Source: Octopus vulgaris (Eukaryota). From it: 64,000 nt of DNA. The DNA lies in contig OX597828.1 in NCBI GenBank assembly GCA_951406725.2, forward strand, positions 32,054,001-32,118,000, written 5' to 3'. The notes beneath the pieces are model-generated. The model worked only from the letters and a program-made list of their open reading frames with translations. It had not been told where the DNA came from and searched no databases. Numbering within the stretch: the stretch's first letter is position 1; each line of letters begins with the position of its first letter. Shown one piece after another: positions 57,067 to 64,000 of the stretch. Made by a program: the position numbers and the translations under genes.

Positions 57067-57211
57067 ACCTATCCATTCTTGTTGCTTCTTTCTCGCTTAT
57101 AATCACCCCACATTATTGTATTGTTAAAACAGTATAGTTTTTTGGTGCATCTAAGTTAGGTACCATATTCAAGTAAATTCATTTAAATTAACTTGAATCT
57201 TTATTGCTTTT

Positions 57212-57256
<45 letters not shown>

Positions 57257-57259
57257 TAA

Positions 57260-57339
<80 letters not shown>

Positions 57340-57489
57340 TATTTTCTCTTCCTGTTTCTTTTTGTGTTCCTTTCTTTCGGAGAGCGTAAGCTCCAAACTT
57401 AAAAGACTTTCTCATCCCCCGAGCCGTAAACTAATACATATGTTTGTTGTTTACACACCCTTCCTCCTCTTTTCTTTTTTTTCGTAAAT

Positions 57490-57495
<6 letters not shown>
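57340..57495 (+). mobile_element. Decayed copy of the short hammerhead repeat at 23935
   Basis: agagcgtaagctccaaacttaaaagac...ctaatacatatgtttgttgt...ttcgtaaa; (TA)n on both sides. Confidence 0.7.
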
Positions 57496-57533
<38 letters not shown>

Positions 57534-57861
57534 CTTTATAGACACAGATATAAATAAATCACCGAAGTACATGTTTTTTTTTTCTCTCTAAATAATACGT
57601 GTGAGCAAAACATTCTGTTTCCATAGTTTCAGTCATTCGTTAAATATATTCATTATATTTTGTATATATGTAATTACGTAAAATCTCTATATTGTTTGTG
57701 TGTATCACTTGTAATTTATTAATGAAACATTTAAGATTCCATATTGATCTTCAATACTTCAACGTTGTTTGTAATTAAACTATAGTATACCCACAGGGTC
57801 AGTTAGTTATCATTATTATGTTGTTGTTGTTCTCATTATTTTTCTTCATCTTCTTATCGAT

Positions 57862-58084
57862 CGTCATCATCATCATCATCATCATCCGCATCATCCCTAG
57901 TAGTTGCAGCGGCGGCAGCAGCAGCAATAGCAGTAGTAGTAGTAGCAGCAATTACAGTAGCAGTAGTAGTAGTAGTAGTAGCAGCAGTGACAGTGACAGT
58001 AGTAGTATTAGCAGCAGCAGTGACAGCAGCAGCAATAGTAGTAGTAGTAGTAGTAGCAGCTGTAGTGATAGCAGCAGCAGCCGC

Positions 58085-58143
<59 letters not shown>

Positions 58144-58150
58144 CAGTAGA
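57862..58150. repeat. (CAT)/(GCA)/(GTA)n microsatellite
   Basis: Directly visible. Confidence 0.9.
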
Positions 58151-60594
58151 TAACATTTACTGCTTTAGTAGCGATGTGAGTGTGAATGTGTCATATTGAA
58201 ATAAATGTCGGTTACAGTAATTATAACTTAAGTTAATATTGCACTAAATTATTACAATGATAGATCGTGTATCATAATTTAAAGATAGGGCACTGTCTCC
58301 GGGAAAATAATATACGAACCTCCAAGGCACGCCAAAAGTATCACGTTACTCTAAGAGAGTGTAAGATCGCTGCATTCGCCGTATGTAATTAGAAGGCTAA
58401 TATAAGTTTACGAAATAAGCTTGAGGGTAATTTCCGGAAAACCTTGCAGTCCTTCCATAGCAAGAATTATCGATAAAATTTAAACCCTTTCATTGTATTT
58501 GGAGTTCTTTTTAGCGGTTATATAGACAGTGTTTTCGTAAAGTTATGAATTACCGAGAAATTCAACATTAATATTACGTTTATGTAATTACTATGAATAT
58601 TTCTGATGTAAAATCGTGAATTGAAATAGATATTGTTACATTTCGTGGTGATAATTTATTTTTTGCCACTACATATTTCGATCTACCCTTGTTTATTATA
58701 GTTCTAAATTTATACCGGGAGTTTGGAAATATTTCGACACACATCTTGTGATCTCTTCATAGGTTGAGGTGATAGATTGTGTGTGGAAGGATTCCCAGAT
58801 GATGGACATAAAACAAGAACAATAATAAATTCGAAGTGAAGAACGAATGTATAGTACGTGCGTTTATTTGGCAAGAAAAAAATGACCATTCCGAAATAAA
58901 ACAAAATCACTAACGTTCATATATATGAATTTATAGGGTTAGGGTTAGGGTTGAATGATTTCTACAAAAACTTGAAATCCATGAATTAAATACAAGAAGC
59001 ACTTATTTCTAACATATAATGATTTCTGAAAATCAGACATCTGTGGCATCGAGATATTCATATGTTTAAATTAAAGCACCGAAACCATGGAATCGAAATT
59101 GAAACTTGACTCATCATTATCATGCTGATTTATCACGACCGCATTCTTAAATTTTAAATTAACTTGCATTAGTTACAGCTCGGAGGTATTTCGAAATCTA
59201 TTTATACACGGGATTTAATTAATATCTTTGACAATTGCACTTCTTCTTAAAGTAGTTATATACGGCTGAGAGCATAAATCTGTTAATTGACAGTATGAAA
59301 ATGGTGTCATCGAATCCAGTATTTTATAGCGGAAAGTGTTTCAAAGGAACATTAAGTCAAACACTTTACTAAAATCTAACATTCTTGCAGCACTCACCTA
59401 AAAATTTGAAGCGTTCTTCAGAAACAGTTAGCGCATATTAGAGGTTCGTTATGCTTCCAACTGAAACTTAAGTATTAATACATTTTTTCCCGCAAATGAC
59501 ATTTAATAAACACAGTACAATGTACATCAAGATCAAATTAATAATTTGCTTTAATGATGTAATGGTATATGATAAAGAATCAATTCAAACCTATTCGACA
59601 AAGCGGATGTTTACTTAAGGGCTATCTAATGGCAAATATTAGACAGCTGTATGTCAACAAAAGGGGAAGATTTATTTACTGTCATTAACATTTACAGATA
59701 TAATGCTGATTTACATGAGTATTAAATGTTGCGATCAGAAACATGCATTTTCATTGAAAAAATGCTTAAAAATTAATAACATCATTATCTATGAGACAAT
59801 AGCAAAACTGCATACACATTTGGAAATTTTCCGTGATTTATCAAAGACAAAGTGGCCACTATATATCCAGCTGGTATGTTGTTTTAATTCTTAATCACAT
59901 GGATCATGTGTAAAGAGTTTTATATCATGGAAGGTACGTAAACGAACCGACTCTACCAATATTCTAAGCATCACAGTTATGATATATCCCTAGTCCTTTC
60001 GTCGACGTGTATTATTATTGAGACTAGAATGTAGCACTGACGATAAAATAACTTGGAAAGTGAATATACACTTTTGAATACATATTTCTTCTATAAAGTG
60101 CACTTTATATTCCACATGCCACAACATTTTATCTTATCACTTTCGGCGAATGCATTCAGAATATATTGGCATAATTTAATTATGAGGTAACATTAGTCAA
60201 ATATTCATATATGTATTCGAAACAAACATTTGCTGTATGTCTTAAAGACATTTAGATGTAAAGCTAAAATGGAAATCGTCAAAAGTTGTCTCTAGTATTC
60301 ACTACAAACACGATTATATCTACAATTCTGCCGTATCACCAAACTAAACTATCACGCAAAGAAAATTATTTCATACCCTTGGACAATCTAAACTACGGGA
60401 ATGGTGTTTTACTATGTAAGATGTAAAATGTATGATATACAAGACAAACGATATAGTGAGCTATTCGGATACTTTTTCGGTAAAAAATAATATGTCTACA
60501 TTATTTCGCTAAAATAGAGAATGCCAATGTATTTAAAAAGAACGATCTATTGGCGTTTACTTTTTTGTCACTTAAGAATTTTAGCCACATGAAT

Positions 60595-60743
60595 CGACAT
60601 CGGCAGTTCTTTCTTTAAACCATGGTATTTATCCTATCAGTTCTTTTGCCGATTCGTGAAGTTACGAAAACTTAATTACACCAACACCGGCTGTCAAGCA
60701 TTTGTAAGGAACAAATGCAGACAAGCACACACACACACAAATG

Positions 60744-60776
<33 letters not shown>

Positions 60777-60958
60777 GTGTTTGTGTTTGTGCGTGCGTGT
60801 GTGTGTGTGTTACATGCTTCTTGTAATTTCCATCTAACCAAATCATGTCACACGACATCGGTCGGCCCAATATTACAGTGGAAGAAACTTGTAGAAGATG
60901 ACATGCAGTGAGACTGAACCAGAAACCATACGACTTGGAAACAGACTTCTGGCCACGC
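60595..60958 (-). mobile_element. Decayed tRNA-derived SINE with internal microsatellite
   Basis: ttttgccga...acaccaacaccggctgtcaagc...ggtcggccc...gcagtgagactgaacc.gaaacca. Confidence 0.7.
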
Positions 60959-61262
60959 CTTAGCTATGATAAATATTAAACATAGCGTACAGTGTCATTC
61001 AGAAAATATTTAACCATATTATCTATAATTACAAATTACTTATTACAAAAATGTTTACAGAAATGCGCACATCAACAGTCTCTTCTCACAAATACTAGAA
61101 ATTTTTGTTTCTAAGTTTTATTATCAGGCTATAATTCAACATCATCTAATAAAAAGGTGTAACTGAATCCCGTAAGGAATTAGGCTCGGAACACTACTTC
61201 GCCTGCTATCTGACCTTTTCACCGTAAACAAATATATGTGTGTGTGTCTGTTTGTTTGTGTG

Positions 61263-61307
<45 letters not shown>

Positions 61308-61334
61308 AAATATATGTATATATATATATATGTA

Positions 61335-61396
<62 letters not shown>

Positions 61397-63252
61397 CATA
61401 CACACAGAGGTAGAATGAAAGAGAGAGAAATAGAGAGATAACGTGATACATACATACTTTTCGTTTGTGAGGTCATAAAATATAGAAGTTTATGTAGTTC
61501 CCCTGCGCCTTGGGACGAAAATATGGTTTTGTTTCTCAGCTACAGTACTTTTTGTTGTCTGAGTTCTAAGAAGAACCATAAACATAAAGATATTACCTTT
61601 TTTCTGTTTTATTAAATAATCTTATTTGTATTTTGTTGTGTAGTAATTGAAAACGAAATCTGATTGTGAAACCTTAGAAAGCAAAATCCTATTTTATGAT
61701 TAAAATATTAACAAATGTTATTCCCCGAGGAGAACTATCGGTGGAAAAGAGAAAGCATTCTTACCATATCTGTACTTTCGATTTCTTAAACACATTAATG
61801 ATTTACAATGCAAAATGCGTCAGCTAACAGCGTTGCTAATTATTTTCTTTGCATTGGAAGATATTTACATACTTATGTTCATTCATACGTAATTACCGAT
61901 AGCTCTCTTGACTACAAAGTCTCCTTAAATTCAGCTCTTCAAAGTGGTCACATATTTGTTTAAATAAGAGATAATTTATGGAAGCTTATCGACGAAAAGA
62001 GTAGTTTCAAAATAAACGTGTTTGCGATAAACTTAAATCTAATTATATGTTCTCTATCAATGTTTGAAGAACGAGATTTCTTCATGCGTAAGACATTGAT
62101 GGTACTAGATATTGAATACATTAATGAATGGGCAAAGATAACTGGACCAATAACAAATGTAATGATGGAGAAATAGTTATGCAGTAAATTCTTTAAGATA
62201 CTTAAGTTGTTTTCACTATTTCTCGGGTCCATATAAAATCTGAGTAGATTTAGTTCTTTCCCTTAAGAACCGATTAATTATATATTCGGTGTCTTCGAGC
62301 AGACTACTCCTATTTATTATAATACTTTTTCAGTAAGTATGTTAACTTTTTTAATATTTTGTCGCAGGCGTTTTCATTTTCTTGTGGGTATTGCTTCAAT
62401 CCAAGCAGGTCCTGACTTAAGAGACATCATTTAACTGGCATTATATCGGTGATTTTGGTGTTACATTATTCGGGAATATTATAATCCTAACCATATTACT
62501 ATTATCGAATAATCATAAGCTTTCCAAGAGATAAACATTGATTATATGAGAATTAGTTCCTAATCGTAGCATGTCGAACCAGTATCGGAAATCCCACTCT
62601 AGATGGCATATATCTCTAGCTCAAAACCTTTAATCTAAGCACCAGTCTACAAGTGTATCCCAGGAGCGCTGAAATTAATAGTTTGATTAGCACCTGTGTA
62701 TACTACACCATATGTAGATATTTCAATACATCGAATTCATCACGTGGCACAACTTACTAGTCGATACGTCTTTCAGAGAAATAGCTCTTTATGCATTCAT
62801 ATACTTCTACATCATTATGTGGGACCAAATATTTTGGACGTTCTATGTGAGAAACGATGGTTAGACCCCGATAACAACAGCACTTCTCTCGGAAGGCTTC
62901 CTGTTCATATCAAATATGTATATATTTCAATTTTTATTTATTGAAACTCATCTAATTATTGTGGCCTCGAATTCTGCCTATTATGGCGAGTATCACATCA
63001 TTGCACGTGAAATAATTTGGGTATATTAATAACGATGTAAATCAAGAATAATTGCTTGGAATTAAAGAGATACTTCGTTGGCATGTGTACACATCAGCGA
63101 TGTAAGAGCTTCTAACAGGAATTCATAGCAGAATTCTTCGATTACCGATAACGAAGTTCACACGGAACAAGAGTGATCAGGTTGTAGATCAATGCATCGA
63201 TGCTTTCGTTACTGGCGTGTGCACTATAAACTCTTTGCACTTAGAAACAAAG

Positions 63253-63464
63253 CTCGAGTATTTCTTTCAACATTTTATCCTGAATAAATGTTTGTTAGGA
63301 TAAACGATGACACTACAGGGTATGTTTGTGAACAGGGGGATGTTAATTTCATTACATCTTCGGAGACCATAAAAGCACAAATCGGAATGCTTTTGCTGAT
63401 GGGAGTTGTGCAGTTTCCCTGTTGCAGAGACTACTGGTGCAGGAATTCAGTTCTGAGACCGTAA
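63253..63464 (+). pseudogene. piggyBac transposase remnant
   Basis: LEYF../FYPE*MFVRINDDTTGYVCEQGDVNFITSSETIKAQIGMLLLMGVVQFPCCRDYW resembles the piggyBac EIxxFIGxxxxMGxxxxPxxRxYW segment. Confidence 0.7.
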
Positions 63465-64000
63465 ATCGATGTACAAGATTCTTTCTATGTATATACAGAT
63501 AGATTTACTTTAATCCACATACTTTTACTCATTCAACCTGGATAAGTGGTAATGTTATAAAATCCAGCAATAATACGTGCATAATATATTTATATTATAT
63601 ACACCAACAACCATTACCTTCTAGCCCTAAGGTTCATCCGAATTAATACGATAGTTATAATTTTATGAGTTTTGAAAATAGAATATTTATGTTCCCATTA
63701 AAATCTATGATTTCTAACGCGATGTGACGATCATATGCCTGAGGAATTAATCGCATCTCTGTACATCGGTTTATATGCCTCAATGTATGCATCTGTATAT
63801 TTCAGTCTGTGTGCGTGTTTATATTGCAGTTTGTATAATTAGATGCGAATGACAAATTATAAATATTACTATGGCTAAGAAACGAGAAGGACTATGAACA
63901 TAGAGTACATCCCAATACGAAGGTGAATTATCTAGTAGTTAGCCATAAAAGGAAGAAAATCGTGGTTTTATCGTTACATTCTACGTATATTCCTTTTGTC

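Larger units (their letters stand above)
54435..57213 (+). mobile_element. Young 5'-truncated Penelope-like element (Hydra-clade-like) with 702-bp inverted 5' pseudo-LTR
   Basis: 54435-55136 is the reverse complement of 56400-57101 (2 mismatches seen); GIY-YIG ORF between the arms; (TA)n both sides. Confidence 0.93.

Noticed and set aside
61960-62232. 90-aa ORF (and 10741-11028)
   Set aside because: No recognisable domain or splice context; expected by chance

Overview
AT-rich, microsatellite-saturated eukaryotic DNA with no recognisable host gene. The SINE families and (TA)n/(CA)n/(TAGA)n load resemble a coleoid cephalopod (Octopus-like) genome; this is inference. Almost all ORF-track entries are microsatellite translations. 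The real content is retroelements. Penelope-like elements (PLEs): a Naiad/Neptune-type RT+GIY-YIG element (15217-17300) and two Hydra-type GIY-YIG elements, one young (54435-57213, ORF missed by the track) and one old (12881-14750). Other elements: two tandem R4/Dong-type LINEs, CR1/L2-like and RTE LINE fragments, a non-autonomous Helitron, a piggyBac remnant and about 14 SINEs. The main signal is about a dozen minimal type I hammerhead-ribozyme motifs (intact or decayed) from roughly eight unrelated sequence families. Nearly all sit in PLE pseudo-LTRs or short non-coding fold-back (inverted-repeat) elements, mostly next to (TA)n tracts. All folds and alignments were done by eye; element edges are approximate.
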